64,000 nucleotides of DNA from Thermoanaerobaculia bacterium (GCA_963816185.1 CAWFJJ010000008.1:160001-224000), one strand, 5' to 3'; shown: positions 1-10,344, numbered from the stretch's first letter. Translations and numbers: made by a program. The notes: generated by a model not told the origin, from the sequence alone.

Positions 1-1677
1 GCGGATCTCAAGGTAAACGTGAAGGACATCGACCTCGTCCCGATCGAGGCTTACGTCCTCCAGAACCTGCGCCTCGACCTCGCCAGGGGCACCGTGAGCG
101 CGGGCGGGACGCTCGCGATCCGCGAGGACGCGGCCGGCAAGGCGAGTGTCGTCTACACCGGGAACGCCCTCGTCTCGAACCTTCTCGCCGTCGACGAGTC
201 GACGAAGCTCGACTTCCTCAGGTGGGAGAGCTTCGCGGCCAGCGGCCTGAAGGCCGGCTACAACCCTCTGTTTTTCGAAACGAAGCAGCTCGCTGTCGCC
301 GATTTGGCCTGCGACATCACGATCGAGCCCGACGGGACCTTGAATCTGCGCAAGGTCATGGGCCGGCCCGAGCCCGCGGACGAGGAAGTCGCCGTCCCCA
401 CGCGGGCTCCGACACCCATTCCGACACTCGTCCCGGTCGCCGCGGAAGGCGCCGCGGGCTCGAAGGACGCGAACGCCGTCATGCCGGTGCGGATCGACGA
501 GCTGACGCTTCAGGGCGGCCGGATCGGCTTCGCGGACCACTTCGTGAGGCCGAACTACGCGGCGACGCTCGGGAACCTCGGCGGGCGTTTGACGGGCCTC
601 TCCTCGGCGGAGGGGACCGCGGCCCAGCTCGACCTGCGCGGCAGCCTCGCGAACCGCTCGCCTCTCCAGGTTTCGGGCTCGGTCAACCCGCTGGCGGCGG
701 CCTCCTTCGCCGACGTCAAGGCGAGCTTCCGCGACATCGACCTCCCTTCCTTCACGCCCTATTCCGGGAAGTACGCGGGCTACACGATCGCGAGCGGGTC
801 GCTCACGATGGAAGTCGCGTACAAGCTCGAGAACCGCAAGCTGAGCGCCTCGAACCACTTTCTCGTGAACCAGTTCGACTTCGGCGAAAAGGTGGAGAGC
901 AAGGACGCGACGAAGCTCCCTGTGAGGCTCGCGGTCTCCCTCCTCAAGGACAAGGACGGAGTGATCGACCTGGATCTTCCGATCGAGGGTTCGCTCGACG
1001 ACCCGAAGTTTCGGATCGGGAAGGTCATCTGGCAGATCCTCGGGAACCTGATCGCGAAGGCCGCGACCTCGCCGTTCGCGCTCCTCGGAAAGATTCTCGG
1101 CGGGAAGGGCGAGGAATATGCGTCCTTGGACTTTGCGGACGGCGTCGCGACCCTCGACGAGGCCGCGAAGAAGAAGCTCGACGCGCTCGCGAAGGCGCTG
1201 AAGGACCGCCCCGCCCTGATGCTGCAGGCGACGGGCCGCTTCTCGCGCGAGAAGGACCTCGAAGGGCTACGGTCGCTCCGCGTCGAGCGAAAAATCAAGG
1301 CCCAGAAGCTGTCCGACCTCGCGAAGAAAGGTGCCGCTCCCGCGAGCGTGGACGACGTCGTCGTGGAGGCTGCGGAGCGTGAGACGTACCTCAGAAAAGC
1401 GTACAGGAAGGAGAAGTTCCCGAAGCCGCGCAGCGCCCTCGGCATTGCGAAGGGCCTTTCCGCCGGCGAGATGGAAAAGCTCATGCTCGCGAACGAGGCC
1501 GTGGGCGGCGACGACCTCCGCCTGCTCGCGCTCGCGCGCGCGAACGCCGTCAAGGAGTACCTGACCGGGCCGGGAACGGTCGACGCCGCGCGCGTCTTCG
1601 TCCTCGAGCCGGGTGTCGAGCCCGCCGCGGCGAAGGACAAGGCGCGGCCGAGCCGCGTCGACTTCTCGCTGAAGTAA
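1..1677 (+). CDS. DUF748 domain envelope protein (5' truncated by window edge), C-terminal OmpA-like region
   Basis: Frame open from the window edge; DLPSFTPYSGKYAGY and LPVRLAVSLLKDKDGVIDLDLPIEGSLDDPKF motifs typical of DUF748 proteins. Confidence 0.8.
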   Translation, partial: ADLKVNVKDIDLVPIEAYVLQNLRLDLARGTVSAGGTLAIREDAAGKASVVYTGNALVSNLLAVDESTKLDFLRWESFAASGLKAGYNPLFFETKQLAVADLACDITIEPDGTLNLRKVMGRPEPADEEVAVPTRAPTPIPTLVPVAAEGAAGSKDANAVMPVRIDELTLQGGRIGFADHFVRPNYAATLGNLGGRLTGLSSAEGTAAQLDLRGSLANRSPLQVSGSVNPLAAASFADVKASFRDIDLPSFTPYSGKYAGYTIASGSLTMEVAYKLENRKLSASNHFLVNQFDFGEKVESKDATKLPVRLAVSLLKDKDGVIDLDLPIEGSLDDPKFRIGKVIWQILGNLIAKAATSPFALLGKILGGKGEEYASLDFADGVATLDEAAKKKLDALAKALKDRPALMLQATGRFSREKDLEGLRSLRVERKIKAQKLSDLAKKGAAPASVDDVVVEAAERETYLRKAYRKEKFPKPRSALGIAKGLSAGEMEKLMLANEAVGGDDLRLLALARANAVKEYLTGPGTVDAARVFVLEPGVEPAAAKDKARPSRVDFSLK

Positions 1678-1714
1678 CCCTCGGGAGTCCTCCTCCGGTT
1701 CCTATACTGACCTC

Positions 1715-3691
1715 ATGTGGGAAGGAACGTTCCTGCGCGACCTCGCGGTCGTTCTGGCGGCGTCGTTTCCCGTTCTCTTCGTCTGCCGCCGGCTGAAGCT
1801 CCCGCAGGTCGTCGGCTTCCTCGTCACGGGTGTCGCGATCGGGCCGCACGCGCTGGGCTGGGTCCGCGAGGCGAGCCGAGTCGAGTCGATCGCCGGGTTC
1901 GGCGTTGCGCTCATCCTCCTTTTCGTCGGCCTCGAGTTTCCGATCCGGCGCCTGAAGGCTCTCGGTCGGACCTCACTCGTCGGGGGAACGCTTCAGATGG
2001 CCCTCACGGCCGCCGCGGGGGCCGTCTTCGCGCGGGTCTCGGGGAGCGCGCTGAACGAGGCGGTATTCCTCGGACTCCTCGTGTCGGTCTCGTCCACGGC
2101 AGTCGTCCTCCCGATCCTCAAGCAGCGCGACGAGCTCGCGGCCCCGTACGGCCGGCGTTTCCTCGCCGTCTCCCTGTTCCAGGACCTGGCCGTCATTCCG
2201 ATCCTCCTCTTTCTTCCGGCGCTCGTTTCCGGAAGCGGGCCGAGAGCGGCCGCCGTCGCGGGCCGGGTCGTGACCGCGATCGCAGCCGTGGCGATTCTCG
2301 TCGCGGTCGCGCGGCGCGCGGCCCCGCGCCTCCTCGACGGCGTGGCCCGCATGGGAAGCCGCGAGATCTTCACGGGCGCGGTCGTGGTCATCGTTCTCGC
2401 GATGATCGCGGCGGGCGAGAAGGCGGGCGTTTCGGCCGCGATGGGTGCGTTCGCCGCAGGGATCGTCCTCGGCGAAAGCGATCACGTTCACGAGGTCGCT
2501 GCGACGCTCGCGCCTCTCCATGACCTCCTCTCGAGCCTCTTCTTCGTCTCGATCGGGATGCTGCTCGACCCAGCCTTCCTCGCCGGGCACCCCGCCGAGG
2601 TCGCCGTCGTCGTCGTCGTTCTCGTCGGAATCAAGACGGCGGCCGCCTTCGCTGCGCTGCGCGCGTCGGGCACCGTTCCCCGGACGGCGCTGCGCGCGGC
2701 GCTCGCCCTTGCAAACGTGGGGGAGTTCTCGTTCGTCCTCGCGACGACCGGGGTCTCGCTCGCACTCCTCTCGGGCGAGGCGCGGCAAGTCGTCGTCGCG
2801 GCGACGGTTGGAACGCTCGTCCTTGCTCCGTTCCTCGTCGCGGCCGGCCCCGCGCTCGCCGTGCGCCTGCCGGAGGCCGTCGAGGATCCCGCCGAAGGTT
2901 CCGAGGCCCCGCTCGCACGCCACATCGTGATCGTCGGGGCCGGGCTGAACGGCACGAACGTCGCCCGCGTCCTCCTCGAGACGGGCATTCCCCACGTCCT
3001 CGTGGACATCGACCCGGGACGCGTCGCGGCGGCGCGACACGAGGGGCTGCACGTGCTGCGCGCCGACGCGACAGGCCTCGAGGGCCTGCACGCCGCCGGT
3101 GTCGAGCGCGCGGTCGCCGTCGTCGTGACGATCCCGGACCCGGACGCCTGCCGGCGCGTCGTGCGCCTCGCCCGGTTGCGCAATCCGGACGTGCGGGTCC
3201 TCGTGAGGACGCGGTACGAGAAAGAGGTGGAGACCCTTCGCGCGCTCGGCGCGGACGAGGTCATCCCGGAGGAGTTCGAGACGTCCATCGAGCTCGTCGC
3301 ACGAGTCCTGCGCCTCCTTCACGTGCCCGGAAACGTCGTCGCGACCCAGATCCGCCTCCTGCGCGACGAGGCATACCAGCGGCTGCGTGACCCGCTCTCG
3401 AAGGTGGCAGGCGGCCGACGACTCTCGGCCCTCGTCGCCGCCGGGACGAGCGAGCTCTTCCTCGTCATGCCCGACACGGCCGCGGATGGCCGGCTCCTCT
3501 CCGAGCTCGACCTCGCGGCCGCGCACGTCGCGGTTCCGGCGGTCCTGCGCGACGGCGTCCCGAACGCGCCGCCGCCCGAGGACTTCCGCCTTGCCGCAGG
3601 AGACACGCTCGTCCTCGTCGGCGCCCACGAAGACCTCGCGAAAGTCCTGACTCGCCTCGAGACACGCGCGGCAGCGCCCGCCGCGAGTTGA
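1715..3691 (+). CDS. CPA2 cation:proton antiporter (KefB/KefC-like) with TrkA-N and TrkA-C domains
   Basis: Multi-TM N-terminus with SSTAVV and FQDLAV motifs; IVIVGAGLNG RCK motif; C-terminal TrkA-C. Confidence 0.88.
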   Translation: MWEGTFLRDLAVVLAASFPVLFVCRRLKLPQVVGFLVTGVAIGPHALGWVREASRVESIAGFGVALILLFVGLEFPIRRLKALGRTSLVGGTLQMALTAAAGAVFARVSGSALNEAVFLGLLVSVSSTAVVLPILKQRDELAAPYGRRFLAVSLFQDLAVIPILLFLPALVSGSGPRAAAVAGRVVTAIAAVAILVAVARRAAPRLLDGVARMGSREIFTGAVVVIVLAMIAAGEKAGVSAAMGAFAAGIVLGESDHVHEVAATLAPLHDLLSSLFFVSIGMLLDPAFLAGHPAEVAVVVVVLVGIKTAAAFAALRASGTVPRTALRAALALANVGEFSFVLATTGVSLALLSGEARQVVVAATVGTLVLAPFLVAAGPALAVRLPEAVEDPAEGSEAPLARHIVIVGAGLNGTNVARVLLETGIPHVLVDIDPGRVAAARHEGLHVLRADATGLEGLHAAGVERAVAVVVTIPDPDACRRVVRLARLRNPDVRVLVRTRYEKEVETLRALGADEVIPEEFETSIELVARVLRLLHVPGNVVATQIRLLRDEAYQRLRDPLSKVAGGRRLSALVAAGTSELFLVMPDTAADGRLLSELDLAAAHVAVPAVLRDGVPNAPPPEDFRLAAGDTLVLVGAHEDLAKVLTRLETRAAAPAAS

Positions 3692-3724
3692 CGCGCGCCT
3701 CCGCCCGCCGGTCGGTCTCCCGGG

Positions 3725-3753
3725 TTGACTCCCGGCGGTTTCGGGCACACATT
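3725..3753 (+). promoter_or_regulatory. sigma70-type promoter for the thiamine operon
   Basis: TTGACT-N17-CACATT immediately upstream of the riboswitch. Confidence 0.5.
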
Positions 3754-3759
3754 GCTCGT

Positions 3760-3836
3760 TGCCTGGGGGTGGCCCGAGAGGGCCTGAGATCACACCCCGG
3801 AACCTGATCCGGTTCGAACCGGCGTAGGGAAAGGCA
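3760..3836 (+). ncRNA. TPP (thiamine pyrophosphate) riboswitch
   Basis: THI-box signature GGGGTG...CTGAGA...ACCC..GAACCTGATCCGGTTCGAACCGGCGTAGGGAA; P1 TGCCT/AGGCA. Confidence 0.95.
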
Positions 3837-3848
3837 GAAAGAGCGCAC

Positions 3849-5993
3849 ATGTCGTCGAAAATCCTCCGGGCCCTCCCAATCCTGGCTTTCGTCTGCGCGG
3901 CGGCCGCAGCGCGCGCGCAAGAGCCCGCGCCGACTCCGACTCCGACTCCGACGCCGACCCCGGCTCTTGTGCCTCACGTCTCGGAGAACGTCGTCGTGAA
4001 GGCCCTCCGTGCGGACGACGTCACTCCGGTCACGAAGACGGACCTCGACAGGCCCGAGCTCGTTGCCAGGGGCTGGGGGCAGGAGATGCCCGTGCTGCTC
4101 CAGGAGGCGCCGTCCGTCACGGGATACTCCGAGACGGGCTCGGGGCAGGGGTACGCGTACCTGTCGCTGCGGGGCATCGGGGAGACGCGCGTGAACATGA
4201 CGTTCGACGGCGTGCCGCTGAACGAGCCGGAGGATTCGGCCGTCTACACAGCCGACTTCGCGAACCTCACGGGCAACGTCGCGAGCGTGCAGATCCAGCG
4301 CGGCGTCGGGACGTCCACCGTTGGCGCCGCGTCCTTCGCGGGATCGGTCAACTTCGAAAGCCTCGACCCCTCCCTCTCGCCGGCGCTCGACCTCCAGCTC
4401 GGGGCGGGCTCGTTCGGCACGGCGCGGGCGAGTGCGAACTGGAACAGCGGGACGTTCGGCGGCGGCTGGCGGCTGTCGCTGCGACCGTCGTGGCAGACGA
4501 CGGACGGATTCCGCGAGAGCTCGGGCGTCAAGCAGGACAGCGTCTTCTTCTCGGCTGGGCGCGACTTCGAGACGTCCACGCTGAGGTTCTCGGGCTTCGC
4601 GGGCGAAGAGCGCATTCAGCAGGCCTTCCTCGCCGTGGAGAAGGACATCCTCGAGAAGGACCTCACCTTCAATCCTCTCGCGCCCGAGGAGAAGGATCAT
4701 TTCTACGAGTTCCTCGTCACGGGACAGTGGACGAAGGCGCTCGGCGCCGATGCGAGCCTCTCCCTGCAGGGCTACGTCGTGGGCGCGGGCGGCTGGTACC
4801 GTCTCTTCGCGGACGAGGAGAATCGCACGGACCTGCAGGAGTACGGGTTGTCGTGGGGCTTCGGCGGCGGCCTCGCGACGTACACGCGCGATTTCGGAAC
4901 GTTCCATCTCACCGCCGGCGTGCACGCGTATGGCTACCGCTCGACGCACACGCAAGACGAGGTGGAGGGCCCGCGGAACTACCTCAACCACGGTTACAAG
5001 AACGAGGTCAGCGGGTTCGTGAAGCTCCTCGGCAACCTCGACGCGTGGCATCCGTTTCTCGACGCGCAGGTGCGGTACGCGCACCTTTCCTACGCAGGCG
5101 ACGTCGGGGAGGCGGGGCGCGGGTGGACGTTCTTCAACCCGAAGGCGGGAGTCCGCGTCGACGTCTCGGACCGTTCGAGCGCCTACCTGTCGATCGGCCG
5201 CACGGAGCGCGAGCCGGCGCGCTCGGACATTCTGCTCGGCGAAGACAACGCCTCGACGCTCCCGGACTTCAACGCGGTCAAGCCCGAAAGCGTCTGGGAC
5301 GTGGAGCTGGGCGCCGAGTGGCGGACGAAAGACCTCGTGCTCCGGGCGAACGTCTACGACATGGAGTTTCACGACGAGATCGCGCTCACGGGCGAGCTCT
5401 CGGCGATCGGGCTCCCGCTCCGGCGGAACGTGGAGAGGAGCACCCGTCGCGGGCTCGAGCTGGACGCCGCCTGGCAGGCGCTGCCCGCGCTGAGGCTCAC
5501 GGCCGCGGCGAACCTGAACCGCAGCCGGATCGGCGAGTGGACGCAGTTCTACGACGTGTACGACGCGGACGGAAACTTCATCGGCTCGACGCCGCGCACG
5601 TTTCACGACGTCACGCCCGTCGGAACGCCGCCGTTCGTCGCGACGGCCGGCGTCGAGACCACGGCCCTTCCGGACGTGACGGCCGGCCTCACCGGCCGCT
5701 ACGTCGCCGCCTCGTGGCTCGACAACACGAATACGGAAGGCCTCGACGCGCCGCGCTTCTTCCAGCTCGACGCCTCTTTCCGGTTCGACCTCTCGCGCCT
5801 CGTTTCCGCCGGAAAGCCGCGGCTCTCCGTGCGCGTCAACAACCTCCTCGACAACCGGCGCGTCTTCCCGAGCGGGTACTCGTATCTCTACGTGACGCGC
5901 GACGCGGGACAGGACACGGCTTCGGGGATTCCGTACTACTACGCGGCCGCGACGCGGAACGTGTCCGTGACGCTCGACCTGGGCCTCTGGTGA
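3849..5993 (+). CDS. TonB-dependent receptor, probably for thiamine
   Basis: Signal peptide, ENVVV TonB box, plug LRGIG...FDGVPLNEPED, C-terminal VNNLLD...RNVSVTL; directly under TPP riboswitch. Confidence 0.88.
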   Translation: MSSKILRALPILAFVCAAAAARAQEPAPTPTPTPTPTPALVPHVSENVVVKALRADDVTPVTKTDLDRPELVARGWGQEMPVLLQEAPSVTGYSETGSGQGYAYLSLRGIGETRVNMTFDGVPLNEPEDSAVYTADFANLTGNVASVQIQRGVGTSTVGAASFAGSVNFESLDPSLSPALDLQLGAGSFGTARASANWNSGTFGGGWRLSLRPSWQTTDGFRESSGVKQDSVFFSAGRDFETSTLRFSGFAGEERIQQAFLAVEKDILEKDLTFNPLAPEEKDHFYEFLVTGQWTKALGADASLSLQGYVVGAGGWYRLFADEENRTDLQEYGLSWGFGGGLATYTRDFGTFHLTAGVHAYGYRSTHTQDEVEGPRNYLNHGYKNEVSGFVKLLGNLDAWHPFLDAQVRYAHLSYAGDVGEAGRGWTFFNPKAGVRVDVSDRSSAYLSIGRTEREPARSDILLGEDNASTLPDFNAVKPESVWDVELGAEWRTKDLVLRANVYDMEFHDEIALTGELSAIGLPLRRNVERSTRRGLELDAAWQALPALRLTAAANLNRSRIGEWTQFYDVYDADGNFIGSTPRTFHDVTPVGTPPFVATAGVETTALPDVTAGLTGRYVAASWLDNTNTEGLDAPRFFQLDASFRFDLSRLVSAGKPRLSVRVNNLLDNRRVFPSGYSYLYVTRDAGQDTASGIPYYYAAATRNVSVTLDLGLW

Positions 5994-6562
5994 GCGCCCT
6001 CGAGATCCTGGGGGCCGCGACCGGCGCTCTCGGCGTGTGGATGACGGCGCGCGAGAACGTTTGGTGCTGGCCGGTGAGCCTCGTCAACGTCGCGATCTAC
6101 GCGGTCGTCTTCCGCGATGCGAAGCTGTACGCGGACATGGGCCTGCAAGGCTTCTATTTCGCGATATGCCTCTACGGCTGGTGGGCGTGGCTGCACGGAG
6201 GGGCGGCGCACGGGCGGCTCGTCGTGTCGCGCGCGCCCCGGATCGTGCTCGCGGCCTCTGCCCTCGCCGGAATCGCGTTCGCCGCGGCGCTCGGAACCTT
6301 CCTCCGATCGAAAACGGACGCGGCGCTTCCGCTCTGGGACGCGGGAACGACGTCCTTCAGCCTCGTCGCGCAGTTCCTCCAGACGCGCAAGTGGATCGAG
6401 AACTGGCCGATCTGGATCGCGGTGGACATCGTGTACGTCGGCATGTACGTGGTGAAGCACCTCTACCTGACCGCCGGCCTTTACGCGCTCTTTCTCGTCC
6501 TTGCGGGAATCGGTCTCGTCTCGTGGCGGCGGAGCCTCGTCGGGGCGAGTGCCTCCGGGTGA
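5990..6562 (+). CDS. pnuC: PnuC/PnuT-family vitamin transporter
   Basis: GTG start overlapping upstream TGA; WPVSLVN, LYAD, YGWWAW and RKWIENWPIWIAVD motifs. Confidence 0.88.
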   Translation: MSALEILGAATGALGVWMTARENVWCWPVSLVNVAIYAVVFRDAKLYADMGLQGFYFAICLYGWWAWLHGGAAHGRLVVSRAPRIVLAASALAGIAFAAALGTFLRSKTDAALPLWDAGTTSFSLVAQFLQTRKWIENWPIWIAVDIVYVGMYVVKHLYLTAGLYALFLVLAGIGLVSWRRSLVGASASG

Positions 6563-7098
6563 GCGTGCTCAAGATCGTCCTGACGGGCGGAGAGTGCACG
6601 GGCAAGACGACGCTCGCACGCGTGCTGGCCGAGCGCCACGCGACGACCTGGGTCCCCGAGGCCGCGCGCGAGGCTGCGCTCGCGAAAGCGGGGCTCCTCG
6701 GCCCCGAAGATGTCGCGCCGATCGCGCGCGCACACGTCGCTGCCGCGGACGCCGCCTTGCGCGACGCGACCCGGCGCGAGAGGCCCGCCGTGTTCTTCGA
6801 CCAGGACCTCCTGTCGACCGTCGTCTACGCGCGTCACTACTATGGTGACTGCCCGCCATGGATTCAGCGGCTCGCCGCCGAGAGGGTCGGAGATCTCTAT
6901 CTTCTCTGTTCCCCGGACCTTCCCTGGACCCCGGATCCGGCGCGCGACCGCGGCGATCGGCGCGAGGAGATGCACGCACTCTTCGCGGCCGCTCTCGCCG
7001 CCGCCGGTGCGCGCGTCGCCGATGTCGCGGGCCGGGGCGCCCAGCGCCAGGCACGAGCCGAGGCCGCAGTCGCGGAGCTTCTCGCCGCGCGCGCGTGA
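6559..7098 (+). CDS. NadR-type (AAA_28) P-loop kinase
   Basis: GTG overlapping TGA; KIVLTGGECTGKTTLA, WVPEAARE, FFDQD, DLYLLCSPDLPWTPDPARD match the NadR ribosylnicotinamide-kinase domain. Confidence 0.82.
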   Translation: MSVLKIVLTGGECTGKTTLARVLAERHATTWVPEAAREAALAKAGLLGPEDVAPIARAHVAAADAALRDATRRERPAVFFDQDLLSTVVYARHYYGDCPPWIQRLAAERVGDLYLLCSPDLPWTPDPARDRGDRREEMHALFAAALAAAGARVADVAGRGAQRQARAEAAVAELLAARA

Positions 7099-7104
7099 GG
7101 ACCG

Positions 7105-8271
7105 TCAGCGGCGGCGCACCCCGAGAAGCGACAGAAGAAACGAGCCGAAGAGAGCCTGAGCTCCCAGGACGAGAAGGAGGACTCCGGGGATCATCCAGCG
7201 CATCGTCTGCGTGTAGGGCAGGCCGTGAAAGCCGGCGGCGGCCCAGAGGCTTACGACTCGGGCTATGAGGACGCCGCCCGCGAGAAGGCAGATCGCTCCG
7301 GCGAGGAGTCCGGTCTCCAGCGTGACCCAGCGGTCGAAGAGGCGGTCGAGAAAAGGGTCCTTCGGGAGGAGCCCTTCGGTGATGCCGAAGATCTTCGCGC
7401 ACACGCCGGAGAAGATCGCGGCCGCGCCGACGAGGACCATTCCGGCGCCGGCGAGCATCGTGTGGACGTCGAGCGTGGCGCCGAAAAGCGCGCGCGACCC
7501 CGGCAGCAGCCACACGATGAGGGCGGCGCCGGCGAGGGCGAGCGCGAGGCCGGGCACGAGGAAGAGCCAGCGAGGCGAGTAGAGGAGGAGGAATCGGAGG
7601 TGCCGCCAGCCGTCCCGCCAGGTGCGCAGGTGCGGCGGACGCGACCGCCCGTCCTTGCGAAGCGTCACGGGGATCTCGCGGATCGTCAGGCCGAAGAGAG
7701 CCGCTTTGACGACCATCTCGCTCGCGTACTCCATCCCCGTCGTGCGCAAGTCGAGCTTCTCGAGCGCGGCGCGGCGAAATCCACGCAGGCCGCAGTGGAA
7801 ATCCGAGACCTCGGTCCCGAAGAAGAGCCGCCCGAGTCCGCTCAGGACCGGGTTGCCGAGCCATCGATGGAGCGGCGGCATCGCGCCGCTCTCGATTCCG
7901 CCACGAAATCGCGAGCCCATCACGAGGTCGGCTCCCGCGTCGAGAGCCTTGACGAAGTCCGGAACGGCGCGGAAGTCATAGGAGAGATCCGCGTCGCCCA
8001 TGACGACGTAGCGGCCTCGGGCCGAGGCGAAGCCGCCCGCGAGCGCGGCGCCATAACCCCGGGAAGGCACGGAGACGACGCGCGCCCCGGCGCGCTCGGC
8101 GAGCTCGCGCGAGCCGTCCGTCGAGCCGTTGTCGGCCACGATGACCTCGCCGTCGAGGGGCGCGCTCTCCAGGGCGGCAAGCGCCTCGGTGACGCACCGC
8201 GCGACCGTCTCGGCCTCGTTCAGGCAGGGCATCACCACGGAGACGGTGAGAGGGGCGGCGTCGGGGGGCAC
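7105..8271 (-). CDS. GT2 glycosyltransferase (polyprenol-phosphate glycosyltransferase-like) with C-terminal TM helices
   Basis: VVMPCLNE, ADNGSTDGS, MGDADLSYD, SDFHCGLRGF. Confidence 0.88.
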   Translation of the reverse strand: MPPDAAPLTVSVVMPCLNEAETVARCVTEALAALESAPLDGEVIVADNGSTDGSRELAERAGARVVSVPSRGYGAALAGGFASARGRYVVMGDADLSYDFRAVPDFVKALDAGADLVMGSRFRGGIESGAMPPLHRWLGNPVLSGLGRLFFGTEVSDFHCGLRGFRRAALEKLDLRTTGMEYASEMVVKAALFGLTIREIPVTLRKDGRSRPPHLRTWRDGWRHLRFLLLYSPRWLFLVPGLALALAGAALIVWLLPGSRALFGATLDVHTMLAGAGMVLVGAAAIFSGVCAKIFGITEGLLPKDPFLDRLFDRWVTLETGLLAGAICLLAGGVLIARVVSLWAAAGFHGLPYTQTMRWMIPGVLLLVLGAQALFGSFLLSLLGVRRR

Positions 8272-8330
8272 GGCCCATTGTCTCCGAGTCCGCCTCGGAG
8301 GGGCCGTCGTGGTGTATTTTTAAGAGGGGA

Positions 8331-9140
8331 ATGACCGCCGTGCTGCGCGCCTCGCTCGTCGACTACGTGAATGCCTGGCCGTTGACGTGGGGTCTCCTGC
8401 GCGGTGCGGTGGAAGGGGTCGAGGCGCTGACCGACATCCCGTCGGCGTGCGCCGACCGCCTCGCGCGCGGGGAGGTCGAGGCCGGGCTCGTGCCGTCGAT
8501 CGAGGCCGCGCGCATCCCCGGCATCCGGATCGTGCGCGGAGTGGGGATCGCGTCGCGCGAGCGCGTGCGGAGCGTCATTCTCGTCAGCCGTGAGCCGCTC
8601 GAGGCCGCCAGGACGGTGGCCCTGGACATCGCGTCCCGCTCGTCCGCCGCGATGGCGCGAATCCTGTTCCGCGACCTCCTCGGCATGACGCCCGACTTCC
8701 ACACGGCCGCGCCGGATCTCGGCGAGATGCTCGCCCACCATGACGCGGCTCTTCTCATCGGGGATCCGGCGTTGAAGATGGACCTCACCGGGCTCCACGT
8801 GCTCGACCTCGCGGAAGGCTGGCGGCGGCTCACGGGTCTGCCGTTCGTCTTCGCGGTGTGGGCGCTGCGACCCTCGGTGCCGCCGGAGCCGTTCCTGTGG
8901 TCGCGCGAATACGCGAAGACACACCTCGCGGAGATCGTCGCCGTGGCCTCCCAGCGGACTGGGCTCGGGCAGTCGGCGCTCCACGAATACCTCGACGGGA
9001 ACCTCCATCACGACCTCGAGGCCGAGGACGAGAAAGGCCTCGGCGAGTTCTACCGCCGCGCGCACGTCCACGGCCTCCTCCCCTCCCCGGACCTGCCGCC
9101 CTTCGCGGGCGTGCCTCTCGTGCCGCGCCGGGAAGGCTGA
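8331..9140 (+). CDS. mqnA: chorismate dehydratase (futalosine pathway)
   Basis: YVNAWPL, PSACAD, SRSS, LLIGDPAL, DLAEGWRRLTGLPFVFAVW; adjacent to mqnC. Confidence 0.88.
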   Translation: MTAVLRASLVDYVNAWPLTWGLLRGAVEGVEALTDIPSACADRLARGEVEAGLVPSIEAARIPGIRIVRGVGIASRERVRSVILVSREPLEAARTVALDIASRSSAAMARILFRDLLGMTPDFHTAAPDLGEMLAHHDAALLIGDPALKMDLTGLHVLDLAEGWRRLTGLPFVFAVWALRPSVPPEPFLWSREYAKTHLAEIVAVASQRTGLGQSALHEYLDGNLHHDLEAEDEKGLGEFYRRAHVHGLLPSPDLPPFAGVPLVPRREG

Positions 9141-9141
9141 C

Positions 9142-10344
9142 GTGTCCACGGCGTCCGCCGTGCCGCTCGCCCCGGCGGCTTCGCCCGTCCTGCCGAACGC
9201 GCCGGTTCCGGGGCTCGGCGGCTCGCATAATGTCGCCGCGGTGCTCGCGCGCGTTCGCGGCGGCGCGCGCCTCACGTTCGAAGAGGGCCTGACGCTCTTC
9301 CGGGAAGCGACCGTCCTCGAAGCCGGCGCGGCCGCGGACGAAATGCGGCGCCGGTTGCACCCCGCCGATCGGGTCACGTACCAGGTCGACCGGAACATCA
9401 ACTACACGAACGTGTGCATCTATCGCTGCGCGTTCTGTGCGTTCTACCGGCCGGCGGGCGACGTGCAGGGCTACGTCCTGCCGCTTCCGGAGATCGGCCG
9501 GAAGGTCGAGGAGACGATCGCGCTCGGCGGCACGGGCATTCTGCTGCAGGGCGGCGTTCACGCCGAGCTTCCGTTCTCGTTCTACGAGGAGATGCTCTCG
9601 TTCCTGAGGGAAAAATATCCCCAGGTTCACCGACACGCGTTCTCGGCGCCGGAAATCCATTTTCTCGCGAAGAAGGAGAAGACCACGATCGCGGACGTCC
9701 TCTTCCGTCTCAAGCAGGCCGGGCTCCAGTCCGTTCCCGGCGGGGGGGCCGAGATCCTCGAGGACGACGTGCGCAAGCGCATCTGGGCGCTCACGAAGGC
9801 ACCGACCCTCAAGTGGGCGGAGGTGCACCGCGAGGCCCACCGCCTCGGGATGCCGACGACGGCCACGATGATGTTCGGCGTGGGCGAGACGCACGAGGCG
9901 CGCCTGCGGCACCTCGACGTCGTGCGCCGCGTGCAGGACGCCTCGCTCGCCGAAGGCGTCGAGAGCTTCACGGCCTTCATCCCGTGGACGTTCCAGGAAG
10001 AGAACACGGCGATGGACGGCACCGTCGAGACGGCGAGCGGCATCGACTACCTGCGCACGCTCGCGATCGCGCGCCTGTATCTCGACAACGTGCCGCACGT
10101 GCAGGGCTCGTGGCTCACGCAGGGCGCCAAGATCGGCAGCGTCGCGATGTCGTTCGGCGCCGACGACCTCGGCTCGATCATGATCGAGGAGAACGTCGTC
10201 GCCGCGGCGGGCTCGCACAACAGGATGGGCGAGAAGGCGATGCTCGCGCTCATCCGCGACGCGGGCTTCACGCCCGTCAAGCGCGGTTCGGTCTACGAAC
10301 GTTGCCGCGAGCCCTGCTGCCGCGACCTGCCCGCGCTCGCGTAG
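9142..10344 (+). CDS. mqnC: cyclic dehypoxanthinyl futalosine synthase (radical SAM)
   Basis: VDRNINYTNVCIYRCAFCAF, PGGGAEIL, FGADDLGSIMIEENVVAAAG. Confidence 0.9.
   Translation: MSTASAVPLAPAASPVLPNAPVPGLGGSHNVAAVLARVRGGARLTFEEGLTLFREATVLEAGAAADEMRRRLHPADRVTYQVDRNINYTNVCIYRCAFCAFYRPAGDVQGYVLPLPEIGRKVEETIALGGTGILLQGGVHAELPFSFYEEMLSFLREKYPQVHRHAFSAPEIHFLAKKEKTTIADVLFRLKQAGLQSVPGGGAEILEDDVRKRIWALTKAPTLKWAEVHREAHRLGMPTTATMMFGVGETHEARLRHLDVVRRVQDASLAEGVESFTAFIPWTFQEENTAMDGTVETASGIDYLRTLAIARLYLDNVPHVQGSWLTQGAKIGSVAMSFGADDLGSIMIEENVVAAAGSHNRMGEKAMLALIRDAGFTPVKRGSVYERCREPCCRDLPALA

Noticed and set aside
3930-3962. CCGACT hexamer tandem repeat
   Set aside because: Encodes an ordinary Pro-Thr linker after the signal peptide; in-frame, no spacers
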